DNA from: Octopus sinensis
Lineage: Eukaryota
NCBI RefSeq assembly: GCF_006345805.1
Contig: NC_043001.1
Coordinates: 123,566,001 to 123,630,000 of the forward strand
Length of the DNA stretch: 64,000 nt
Direction of reading: 5' to 3'
Both the position numbers and the translations under genes were made by a program. The notes beneath the pieces are model-generated. The model did no database searches and was not told where the DNA came from. It saw nothing but the letters and a program-made list of their open reading frames with translations. Positions 27,737 to 39,030 of the stretch are shown here, piece by piece; within the stretch, counting starts at the first letter, position 1, and the number at the start of each line of letters is the position of its first letter.

Positions 27737-27982
27737 GAATAAATGAAAGAATGTAGTCGAACGAAACATATGTCGAGAGTAAAGGAATTTTGTTAACATC
27801 TTCTTTCCACTCCATTCTTTCATTTATTCATATATAACACACAAATTTCTGCACATGAACCCGGAGTTTCTACCCTTGAACAGGTCGCTTCAACCGTGTT
27901 TCTGACGTGAAATTGCTACCCTGGTATCGGTTCAACGAATTTTCCATGCTGACAATAAACATAGGATAATTCATTCACCTAT

Positions 27983-28026
<44 letters not shown>

Positions 28027-28042
28027 ATTGTATATGTATACA

Positions 28043-28087
<45 letters not shown>

Positions 28088-28174
28088 TGCACTGTTCGGT
28101 GATGGTAAGATCAATAACTTACTTTTACCATCAGTCAATTAGGCCTTAAAATCCCAGTCGCTACTAATCTGTCT

Positions 28175-29065
28175 AAAATAATGTTTTTTAGATGTTTCCC
28201 TAGATTTGAATTCCTCTTATAAACCCTAACATAAGCGCAACGAGTAACTTTCCTATATACATAAACAGTCTTGTAATCCCCACCCTTGTACAATTTAAAA
28301 TCCTGATAGCTTACATTAATAACAGAGTTTCTAACCTCTCTTCCTGTAAGAAATTTTCAAGAAGGCAGCCCCACGCTACAGCAATGCTCAGCCAGTTGTG
28401 GCTTTAACGATAAATTAATATATAATCCCTGTAATATAATCGGAATAATAATATTAGGCCTAAAAACAGATATAGGAAGATAATTTGGTTTGCCGTCTCG
28501 TTTTCCTTAATGGAAAAACTAACATAGGTAAAATATTCCTGTCACTCCTAGGCTAAGATTTTCCAGGAAATCAAAGGTACGGGAAAATATTTAACAGACG
28601 CTCAATGAAATCATCATATCGATGCTGTCCTAATATGAAAAGCGTCATTACACGAGAACAACACTAAGAACCTACTCCCAGTTGTAACTGTCAAAACCCA
28701 GGAACCTGTCCACTCGACCAGTGATGTATGATTGAATCCGTCATATATGAAGCAGACGTTACAACGCTAGATGATACCAAAACCGATAAGAAGTGCTATA
28801 TCGGACTATGTGAAGACGAATTAAAAAATTCGGTATCGGATTTGAAGCTGAACGCCACACCGCATAAGATAAAGTGGAAATCAGCTGAAAAATCAACACT
28901 ATATGATAACGGATAAAAAAAAAATCTAAGCTATGCGTAGATGAAAGAACATACATCTTTCTCAAATCTAAGAACGTTAACATACTGCTGAATTCCAGAT
29001 CCGAAATTTTCAGTGGTTATAAGCATATGGACAAGTTCCTGTTGACGAATTGGAAAGTGTCAACC
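28175..29065 (+). mobile_element. Penelope-like element, RT thumb/linker plus GIY-YIG endonuclease, decayed
   Basis: FLDVSLDL, YIHKQS, EIFKKAAPRY, KTNIGKIFLSLL..KIFNR..Y.CCPNMKSVI, CNCQNPGTCPL..CMIESVIYEADV..CYIGLCE, IKWK..YDNG, LLNSRSEI..HMDKFLL. Confidence 0.88.
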
Positions 29066-29294
29066 TCTGCAGCCATGTATCTTACAGTTTAAAGCCATGT
29101 ATTTTACAGCCATGTATTTTATAGTTTAAGGCCAAATAACATTAATTCCTCTTTTTGCATTTTCTGTTTTCTTTTTCTCTTTCCGGTTTTTAAACTTACC
29201 ACATTTTATATCTTCTTTCTCGCGTTTTCTCGATTGTTCACTTGTCCCATAAAATTTTTCACTCGTCCCATTAGCTCTTTATTCTATGTGGGCA

Positions 29295-29378
29295 GTGCTT
29301 AATGATTGTACTTAGGGGAACAGACGTGTTAAAAACACTGTCTGGCTTGCTCTCAGCACATGAAACTAATAGTAGCAC
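29295..29378 (+). ncRNA. decayed type-I hammerhead-like motif in the Penelope 3' region
   Basis: GTGC-TTAATGA-[56 nt with CAGACGTGTT/AACACTGTCTG hairpin]-GAAAC-TAATA-GTA-GCAC; the core differs from CUGAUGA at two positions. Confidence 0.5.
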
Positions 29379-29404
29379 ATAAAAACATATTGTTTTTATT
29401 AAAT

Positions 29405-29835
<431 letters not shown>

Positions 29836-30537
29836 ATGGAAACAGTGCGTAGGTAAGATAAAATAAACTTAGCATAGATGACACAGAGCAGTGCTTCAAT
29901 CGAAGGGACTTAGATTTCAACATCTTTATCCAGAGCCAGCACCTCTGTAATCAAAGTCGGCCATAAGAACAATCCTTAGTAGTAAGGTAGATAAACGCAA
30001 GCAGGCTTGCGTGATGCAATTACATGGAGCACAAATCATACAAAATATAAAGCAAAGAAAAAATAACAAAAGATTAGAAGAATTATTAAACGTCTTATCT
30101 CTGCAGCTGTTTCAAGACGGTCATACCTTATATAGCAACAATATTCATAAGCAATATATGCATGGTCTCAAAAATGTACTGGAAATTTGTCGCTTATAGT
30201 TACATATATTCATGATCTTGCCCAAACCAGGAGTATATTGCTTGGAGGTTTTTAGGAGGAGTTTTTCTAGCTTGTCTCTATGTGTTTCTACACTTCCCTT
30301 AATATTAGTAACTTTGGGACTCAAACAACTTACTGTTTTTGCATACAATAGTGAAGTCGTGAAATATTTGTTGTTGCTGTTATTGGTCTTCCTATTTGGT
30401 TTTGTCGTTATTGTTATTATTGTTGACACACTCTGTTACCGTCATTATTTTGCTGCTTTTGCCGTCCTTGTTTATGTTACATCTATCGTCTGGTATATCC
30501 ATCACTCTCTCTCTCCATTCTTCTCTGTCCTTTCGTT

Positions 30538-30843
30538 TGTTGTTTGTTCCTTCTCGAGCCATGCCTGGCTCATAAGGGCCGGTTTCCCGATTTCATTGGC
30601 ATATAGGTTCCCCACCTGGACGGGACGTCGGTCCGTTGCAGGTGAGCTGCAAGATGCAGGAGGAAAGAGTGAGAGAAAGTTGTGGCGAAAGACTCAGCAG
30701 AAGTTCGCCATTACTTTGTGCCGGAGAAACGTGGAGCTTAGGTGTTTCGCTCATAAACACATACATCGCCCGGTCTGAGATTCGAACCTGCGATCTCTCA
30801 ACCGCGAGTCCGCTGCTCTAATCACTAGGCCATGTGCTTCCAC
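30538..30843 (-). mobile_element. group C SINE, tail type 2
   Basis: Same tRNA head and centre as 4370-4748 but the tail ends GCCAGGCATGGCTCGAGAAGGAACAAACAAC. Confidence 0.85.
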
Positions 30844-31279
30844 ATGAGGCATTTAGAGATGCATAAATAAAAATAAGAAGCAAACCCATTTTTTGCTGCG
30901 TAAGTAAAAAAAAAAAAAGGGCCAGAAAAATGTGGGTGCGGGTGTAACAATAAAAGAATTCGGAAAAGGAAACAGTACGGATCAGTGAATTTTGTGCTTC
31001 AAAGGGAAGAAGAAGAAGAGAAAAAAGTACTTTATTGACCCTTATGTCAGACAGAAATTGAATTCAATTTCCACCTTTATGACTTCTCCTTCCACGAAAG
31101 TTATGATTCAGCTCCTATCAGTTAACATAGATTAGTGAATGTGAGTCTAACGATGGAACAATTTGGGTGAGTAATAGATATTTTAGTCTTTCGCCTATGA
31201 GAAATACCGAGAAACTGTTGGAGATTACGGTGCTAAACCACAGCAGAATATTTTTCTTTCAATTACTAAACCAAGTTTA

Positions 31280-31575
31280 GGCGCAGGTTTGGCTGTGTGG
31301 TAAGAACGTTAGGACGCCGGGCGAAATGCTGAGCGGTATTTCGTCTGTCTTTACGTTCTGTGTTCAAATTCCGCCGAGGTCGACTTTGCCTTTCATCCTT
31401 TCGGGGTCGATTAAATAAGTACCAGTTACGCACTGGGGTCGATATAATCGACTTAATCCGTTTGTCTGTCCCTGTTTGTCCCTTCTGTATTACCTTGCGG
31501 GTAATAAAGAAATAGGTAAGAAGCTTGCTTCCCAACTACATGGCTCCGGGTTCAGGCCCACTGCCTGGCACCTCC
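31280..31575 (+). mobile_element. group A SINE (31307-31514) nested in a group B SINE head, with 8-bp TSD GGTAAGAA
   Basis: GGTAAGAA at 31299-31306 and 31515-31522; the B head resumes after the insertion. Confidence 0.85.
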
Positions 31576-31944
31576 AGCATTTCCTGGCTCTGGTTCTTTT
31601 TGCTGTTGTTGTTTTCTTTATTGTTGTTTTTGTTGCTGTTATAGATATTGCTGTTCCTGTTGTTTTCTCTTGTGAGTAATACGATTACCGCTTCTATTCT
31701 CAACCAATTTTTGCTGTCGTTCTTTGATGTTTACATTTTAAACTTTTCTATCTTCTGTAACATTATTTTTCTTCTTGTTTCTATTGTTGTTGACACCATT
31801 GTTGTTGTTCCTGTTGTTGATGGCGATGAAATCGTTGCTGTTGTTATTGTTCATACCAGTATCGCTTTCCGCCTCATACTATTAACCGTGGTTAACATCG
31901 ATTCGTAATCTATTTTATTTCTCACAAAAATGATTTATTATTTA

Positions 31945-32725
31945 TTTACTGCCCACAAGGGGCTACACAAAAAGGAAACAAACAAGGACAAACAAACGGA
32001 TTAAGTCGATCATATCGACCGCAGTGCGTAACTGGTACTTATTTAAATCTACCCCTAAAGGATCAAAGGAAAAGTTGACTTCGGCGGAATTTGAACTCAG
32101 AACGTAGCGGCAGAAGATTTACCTATTTCTTTACTACCCACAAGGGGCCAAACACAGAGAGGACAAACAAGGACAGACAAACGGATTAAGTAGGTTATAT
32201 CGTACCCCAGTGCGTAACTGGTACTTATTTAAATCTACCCCTAAAGGATCAAAGGAAAAGTTGACTTCGGCGGAATTTGAACTCAGAACGTAGCGGCAGA
32301 AGATTTACCTATTTCTTTACTACCCACAAGGGGCCAAACACAGAGAGGACAAACAAGGACAGACAAACGGATTAAGTAGGTTATATCGTACCCCAGTGCG
32401 TAACTGGTACTTATTTAAATCGACCCCGAAAGGATCAAAGGCAAAGTTGACTTCGGCAGAATTTGAACTGAGAACGTAACGGCAGACGAAATTCCTATTT
32501 CTTTACTACCCACAGGGGCTAAACACAGAGAGGACAAACAAGGACAGACAAACGGATTAAGTAGATTATATCGTACCCCAGTGCGTAACTGGTACTTATT
32601 TAATCGACCCCGAAAGGATGAAAGGCAAAGTCGACCTCGGCGGAATTTGAACTCAGAACGTAGCGGCAGACGAAATACGGTTACGCATTTCGTCCGGCGT
32701 GCCAACGATTCTGCCGGCTCGCCGG
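31945..32725 (-). mobile_element. head-to-tail array of four group A SINE units (about 186-bp period)
   Basis: Repeated units; only the distal unit keeps the tRNA head. Confidence 0.9.
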
Positions 32726-33158
32726 CACAAAAAAGATTTGCTTTATTAAAAAATCTCAAAAATGATTTATTTTATTCAAACATCTTCGTAAAGATTAATA
32801 TTTTTTTTGCTTTGATAAGAGACATTTTTCACGATAGACAGCGACTTAAGGGACTTAAGCTTTCGCAATCCTATGGTTGATCCTCATTAATCTTCCCTCT
32901 CCAAACACCAACCTTATCGCTGTTGTTACTAAATGTTAGTCAATACATTCCAAGCCGTGGTGGGATAAATAACTGTGAATTTTATGAATTATAGAGATAT
33001 ATTCAGACTCGGTAAACCCATTTTCCACTAGAAAAACTCAAGCAATCATTATGGCGAAATATCTGACTGTCGTTGCAGGAAAATTTCTGAATAAAGGTTT
33101 AAAATTACAGTGTCGATATTCACGACCAGAGAAGCTGTTGTTGTTGCTGCTGCTCATT

Positions 33159-33222
<64 letters not shown>

Positions 33223-33547
33223 AACTACTACTATTGGTTTAAAATTTTGGCACAAGGCCAGCAATTTTATCGACCCCCATACGGATGAAAGGCAAAGTCG
33301 ACCTCGGTGGAATTTGAAGTCACCTGGAGGGCTAACGAATCTGCCAGCTCGCTGCTTTAACAACAACAACAGCAGCAGCAGCAGCAGCAGCAACAACAAC
33401 AACAACAACAGCAACAACAACAACAGCAGCAGCAGTTGATGCAGGAACAGCAGCAGCAATGGCAACAACAACAACAGCAATTATTATTAAGTCAGCGAAT
33501 AGGAAGTTTCGTTAATACACCGGGCAAAGTAATAATAATAACGAAAT

Positions 33548-34117
33548 AATCTCACATGTAGCAAGCTGGCCCAAAACCACCACAAAAGGAGGCACGATTA
33601 CCTGGCTAAATTCGTCTACTGAATGCCGTGGGAAAAAGTACGGCCTGAACAGATCATGGAAATGGTGCGAACATGAACTAGAAGTTGTCACCGAGAACAA
33701 AGAATATAAGATATAATATTGCAATACCTGGTGATGCACACATAAGTGACAAAGAACAAGAACAGATTGAAAAATACAGACTACTAAAAAACGAAATTAC
33801 AAAAATGGGGACTCTGAGGAGAGTGCCTGTCATTTCAGTAATTATAGGGTTACTCTGAGCACTAATAACCAAGTTCGAGAAATATGTCAGAGAAATCGGA
33901 ATTGACATGAGTGCAGAGCAAGTCCCCAAAACTGCTCTGCTAGGCAAAGGTAGGATTTTGAGATTGGTACGTGGATGTTGAATGTCTCCCACGATAATTA
34001 ACAACCAAAAGGTTATAATGTGCAAAAAGAGACCACGTGAGACCTCTTACTGCAGGTTGCTCTCCGCTCTCACAAAATCTACCAGAACAAACAAGACCGA
34101 GCTTTCTGAGAAGTAAA
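33548..34117 (+). mobile_element. R4/Dong-type LINE C-terminus (restriction-like endonuclease) plus 3' UTR
   Basis: KLAQNHHKRRHDYLAK..KYGL..KWCEHE..ENKEYKI; FAIPGDAHISDKEQEQIEKYRLLKNEI; KTALLGKGRILR; ends in AAC/AAT repeats. Confidence 0.82.
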
Positions 34118-34469
34118 ACAACAACAATAATAATAGACAATAAGGAGAACACGATTCGATTGCAATAGATTGTTTATTGATTTGTACAATATTTCGATAG
34201 CTCGTCTGTCTTCTTCAAGTTCAAAATGTAAAATGAAGAAACACAGTAATTCAAAAGAGGTAAGCGTAGAAATCCACACCATCAGACTTCAGTTTTGCAA
34301 CTGGCAGAGGGAAAAAGAAAGAAAAAAGAAAAGAGAAAAGAATCAAAGAATATTTAGTCGAACAGTTTTGTGTAAATGTGATGAAATTATCCTGTCATTT
34401 TATTCGTTCATCCATGACGTGATGTTTAGTAACTCACAAACATAGCAGCAGGAGTGCACTTTTATCTGC

Positions 34470-35022
34470 ATGCGCATTGTGAGCTGAGACGTTGTCTTGG
34501 AGGAGGCGGACTTCTTTGGTCAGCATGCCACGTCTGTCTGCTTTGAAGGTGTCCCGTAATTTCTGCAGCAGAAGCATAATATTACCCGTTAACTGTGGTG
34601 CCCTTTGACGGAAAATCCATCATCACTACTCCGTGGTGGTCCCAAAAGACTTTGAGCATCACTTTTCCTGCATGCAGACAACTTCCGCATTTGCAAATGG
34701 TCGTGAATGATTTTTTCCACGGACCCTACACTTATCTTCACTTCTTGGGCTACTTTCCAGATAGTTATGCGGTGATCCTCCAAAATGGTGGCTTCCACTT
34801 TATGGTTTGTGTCGTCATCAATCGCAGAATGTGGTTGTCCAGGAATAGGAGCAGTTTCCACCGATGTCCGACCACATTTGAACTGGTGACGCAGCGCTCG
34901 ACTACGTCGTATAATGGTGCATCGTCACCATAAACTTCCTTCGTCTCTTCGAAAGTCGCTTTTGGTGTACGACCTTTGAAGTATAAGAACCTGATCAATG
35001 ATCTGCATCCAACTGTTTTCAT
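34470..35022 (-). mobile_element. mariner transposase, internally deleted and frameshifted (Himar1/irritans-like)
   Basis: RSLIRFLYFKG..EVYGDDAP; PGQP..KVEATILEDHRITI..EVKISVGSV..IIHDHLQMRKLSA; GTTVNG.YYAS; RLLQDNVSAH. Confidence 0.88.
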
Positions 35023-35721
35023 TATAACACCTTAGTTCATTTTAGCAGCCGTAAAAGACAAACGAATACTAGTGAGAAAAACTGCAATTTACAATGTGAC
35101 ATGTAGATACACGTATGATTATACGTGTACAAGTTCCGTTTCCTGCAATAACAGGAAGTGGGTCAGAGGAGATCTTTAATGAACTCTCCTCGTATTTGTC
35201 CTCATGCATTTTGAGGACTGAAAGTGAAGTAGATTCAGAATATTTTCAGAGAATGTGCACTTTCGGGTGTTCCTCAAAATTACAGCTGCTTGATGTAAAA
35301 TGTTCGGCATGTTCTGTCGAACTACTGTTTTTGTACCTGACGTCATACCTGTGCCCATCGAATCCTTTGTTTAATTGTTCTATTGTACAAACAATATAAA
35401 CCAAGATGTTTGGTGCATTCTGCTGCGTACACCAAATAGGAATCTTTACACGTCCCACTTTCCGTCTGTCATTTCGTCTGTCTTTACGTTCTGAGTTCAA
35501 ATTTTGACGACGTCGACTGTGCCTTTCTCCATTTCGGAGTCTATAAAATAAGTTCCAGTTAAGCACTGGGGTTGATGAAATCAACTTGCCCCTCTCCCAA
35601 AATTTCAGGTTCTTGTGCCTAAAGCAGAAAGGGTCATTATTGAAGTGGGTAAAAGTGATGAACTGGCAGAATCGTTAGAACTGACAGAATCGTTTGCCGG
35701 ACAAAATGTTTAGCGGCATTT

Positions 35722-36092
35722 CGACCGACTTTTCTCCTATTGTTCCAGTTAGAAGCTTCCACATCATAGGTAAACAACCAATTGAACGATAGTTACTGGA
35801 CTTGGTTGGGATCTTCTGGATCAGCACTTTTCTTCCTTTGGCCATCCATTTTGGTACAATTCCTTATTGTACACAGCCTTGCAGGAATTTTCGTAGCCTA
35901 GGGTGTAAATTCATCAATTCCTTGAATAAAAAACCCCGAAGCAGGTCCAGGCCGGATGCCTTCCAATTTCTTATCCTACCAGATCCTGCTTGAATATTTT
36001 CCAACGTGACTGTAATAATCTCATCTATCTCCATGGCACTGAATTCTTTTTCCTCATCATGAAGTCAGGATGCCACGTTATTGTGTTTGATA
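35722..36092 (-). mobile_element. R4/Dong-type LINE RT N-terminal fragment
   Basis: IRNWKASGLD..GFLFKEL..LHPRL..GIVPKWMAKGRKVLIQK..SNYRSIGCLPMMWKLLTG. Confidence 0.82.
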
Positions 36093-36109
36093 TATTCATC
36101 ATCATCATC

Positions 36110-36141
<32 letters not shown>

Positions 36142-36169
36142 CATCAACAACATCATCATCATCATCATC

Positions 36170-36395
36170 AGGTCAGTGACACAAATACATACATACATTT
36201 GTGTACACACACACACACACATACACACACATATATATACGACGGGCTTCTTTCAATTTCTGTCCACCAAATCCACTCACAAGACTTTGGTCGGCCCGAG
36301 GTTATAGTAGAAGACACTTGCTTAAGGAGCCACGCAATGGGACTGAACACGGAACTATGTGGTTGGGAAGCAAGCTTCTTACCACACAGTCACGT
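36170..36395 (-). mobile_element. group B SINE, 5' half
   Basis: Reverse-complement match to the head. Confidence 0.82.
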
Positions 36396-36791
36396 CTGTG
36401 CTTATGTTGTACAGAATATTTACTTCTTATTATCTGTTTGGACCACCTACCAATCAGAGATAAGCTGATGTGATTCTTAGCTTTTAAGTTAACACTCTAA
36501 GTATGATATTGCCTATTTTCTATGGTTTCACTTTCTCTCTCTGCTGTAACACTGTCAGTTAGCATTATCAATATATTTCAGCTATTAGAAATTCTTTGAT
36601 CTCTTTAACCTAACGCATCCAACCATTCCCAATGCGAGATCAAATGATATTTCATTCATCAAGAACTCAAATGACCACCCTATGTTGGAACAGTAACAGC
36701 ATTGCTTCAAAATGGACCGACAAAACAAACCAACATTACGCTTTGCAACCGTTCAGAAGAGGAGAAACTCGCTGCGAATTAATAATGATGG

Positions 36792-36855
<64 letters not shown>

Positions 36856-36880
36856 AATGGTGGTGGTGGTGATTATGATG

Positions 36881-36932
<52 letters not shown>

Positions 36933-36943
36933 TAATAATAATA

Positions 36944-37110
36944 AGGTCATGTGCTGTTTATCTTGATATGAGATCACCATGTCGCGCACATATGGTTGTG
37001 ATGCATGTGCCTGGTGTACCTTTATCAGACGGGTAGTCATGATGGGTATATTGGGCTTCGTATATTTTACCCCAGTGTCACTTTGATGGCATGAACTGCT
37101 CTCTCACTCA
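36944..37110 (+). mobile_element. probable LINE 3' end flanked on both sides by (AAT)n
   Basis: Non-repetitive 165-bp piece between AAT tracts, ending CTCTCTCACTCAATAATAAT; family not determinable. Confidence 0.45.
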
Positions 37111-37199
37111 ATAATAATAATAATAATAATTATAATATATCAACACTGACTGGAAGGACGAGAAAGTTGATGACGCTGCATAGGGCGCTACAAGTTCAT

Positions 37200-37745
37200 C
37201 AGAGATTGGCACAAAGAGAAAAGTGTTTTCACTCCCTTCAATCTCATCCACTATACAACTTCTTTCGCTATGGCCACTCGGCATATAATACAGCCTTTCC
37301 TTCCCGGTTAAAGGAAGGCGGCGGGCTGATCTTCACGATGGATTCAGTTGACAGCCGGATCCGTCCCATACGCGACATCAGGTGTTCATAAGAAACCCAC
37401 AGGTCAGCAATGCTCGGGCACAGGACGAGTGCATGCAGGACCTTCTCGTCGTCCTACGGGCATCGCAGGCACGCTCAGCTAACGGCACTTCCGTGCCTAT
37501 AAAGTTTATCTCAAGCAGGCAAAGATTCCCAGTAGCACTGCCAGTCCTGAGATGTTTGGAAATTATCCATCGATCCCGTCGCGAAAGTTCTCGGGGAAAG
37601 AGCGCCTAGCTGATCTCCTTCGATGCCCAAGGTCTCTCCAAGAACGTCGTCGCACTTTTCTTCTACTAATCCTGTATAAAAAGATAAAGTGGACGTTATA
37701 CCTATCGAGTAGTGAGCGCTTGAAGACATTCCACTTTCCAAATGC
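37200..37745 (-). mobile_element. L1/Tx1 ORF2 C-terminus with zinc knuckle
   Basis: STLSFYTGLV..ESLPA*DKLYRHG..ACLRCP*DDEKVLHALVLCP (CxxC..H..C); homologous to 19960-20240. Confidence 0.8.
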
Positions 37746-38131
37746 TTCCTCTCGGTCCCTATTTTACCCAGGACTACACCTCCGTTAAAGAAACTAGCGG
37801 CAGAATTACGTGTCTGGCGAAAATCCTTTCTACCATTAACACGAGACCGGCAAGTTCCAGCAGGGGTGAAGTCGATTACGTCGACCTCAGTACTCGATCG
37901 ATTGATACTTATTTTATCGAGCCCGGAAGGATGGATGAAAGGCAATGTCGACCTCGGTGGAATTTGAACTCAGAACGTACGGACGGACGAAATGCCGCTA
38001 AGCATTTTGACCGGCGTGCAAACGATTCTGTCAGCTCGCCGTCTTAATAATAATAATAATGATAATAATAATAATAATGATGATGATGATGATACTACTA
38101 CTACTATTACTACTACTACTACTACTACTAC

Positions 38132-38175
<44 letters not shown>

Positions 38176-38195
38176 ATAATAATAATAATAATACG

Positions 38196-38455
38196 GTATG
38201 ATAAAAAAAACATCCAGACAAATACATAAGAAGTATGATAAAAAACATACAAATACATAACAAAAACATCAATATTTACAAGTATATATAGCATAGAGAA
38301 AACAGCACAACAAGGCACCACTATTATCCTACGTAAAACACTTTCAACACAGTGAAAATAATAGCACCATAACAAAATACACCACATACCCAAGGCACAC
38401 AGAGCTGCACTTTGTAGTGTAGTGAAAGCACGTGATAAAAATAAGACTACTGAAT
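38196..38455 (+). mobile_element. R4/Dong-type LINE 3' end, copy 1
   Basis: GMIKK..ILRKTLST* then a 3' UTR matching 38830-38940, ending ACTACTGAAT(AAT)n. Confidence 0.7.
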
Positions 38456-38474
38456 AATAATAATAATAATAATA

Positions 38475-38518
<44 letters not shown>

Positions 38519-38940
38519 GAAATTAAGGCCAACAGACCAGATATAGTTGTCAGAGATCATGAAGAAAAAATGCTTTCTAATTGATGTATCAATACCAGCA
38601 GATGACAACGCGTCTAAAAGAAATGGATAAACTTTCAAATTACAAAGACCTGGAAATAGAGGTAACTAGAATGTGGAATCTAAAAACAGAAACAATTCTT
38701 ATCATAGTAGGTGCATTAGGCATGATAAAAAACTATTCAGACAAATACATAACAAAAACACCAGGACTTACAAACACATATAACATACAGAAAATTGCAC
38801 TACTGGGCACTGCACACATCCTACGCCTTCAATACAGTAACCATCTGAGCATCACTACAAATCACAGCACAAACCCAAGGCACACAGAGCTGCGCTCGGT
38901 AGTGAAGTGAAAGCACGCTATAAAAATAAAACTACTGAAT
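38519..38940 (+). mobile_element. R4/Dong-type LINE restriction-like endonuclease and 3' UTR, copy 2
   Basis: IKANRPDIVV..CFLIDVSIP.DDN..KLSNYKDLEIEVTRMWNLKT..IVGALGMIK..QKIALLGTAHILR (PD-(D/E)xK fold). Confidence 0.88.
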
Positions 38941-38950
38941 GATGATGATG

Positions 38951-39030
<80 letters not shown>

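Noticed and set aside
31945-32725. Regular repeats resembling a CRISPR array
   Set aside because: Units are whole SINE segments with no unique spacers, the context is eukaryotic, and there are no cas genes
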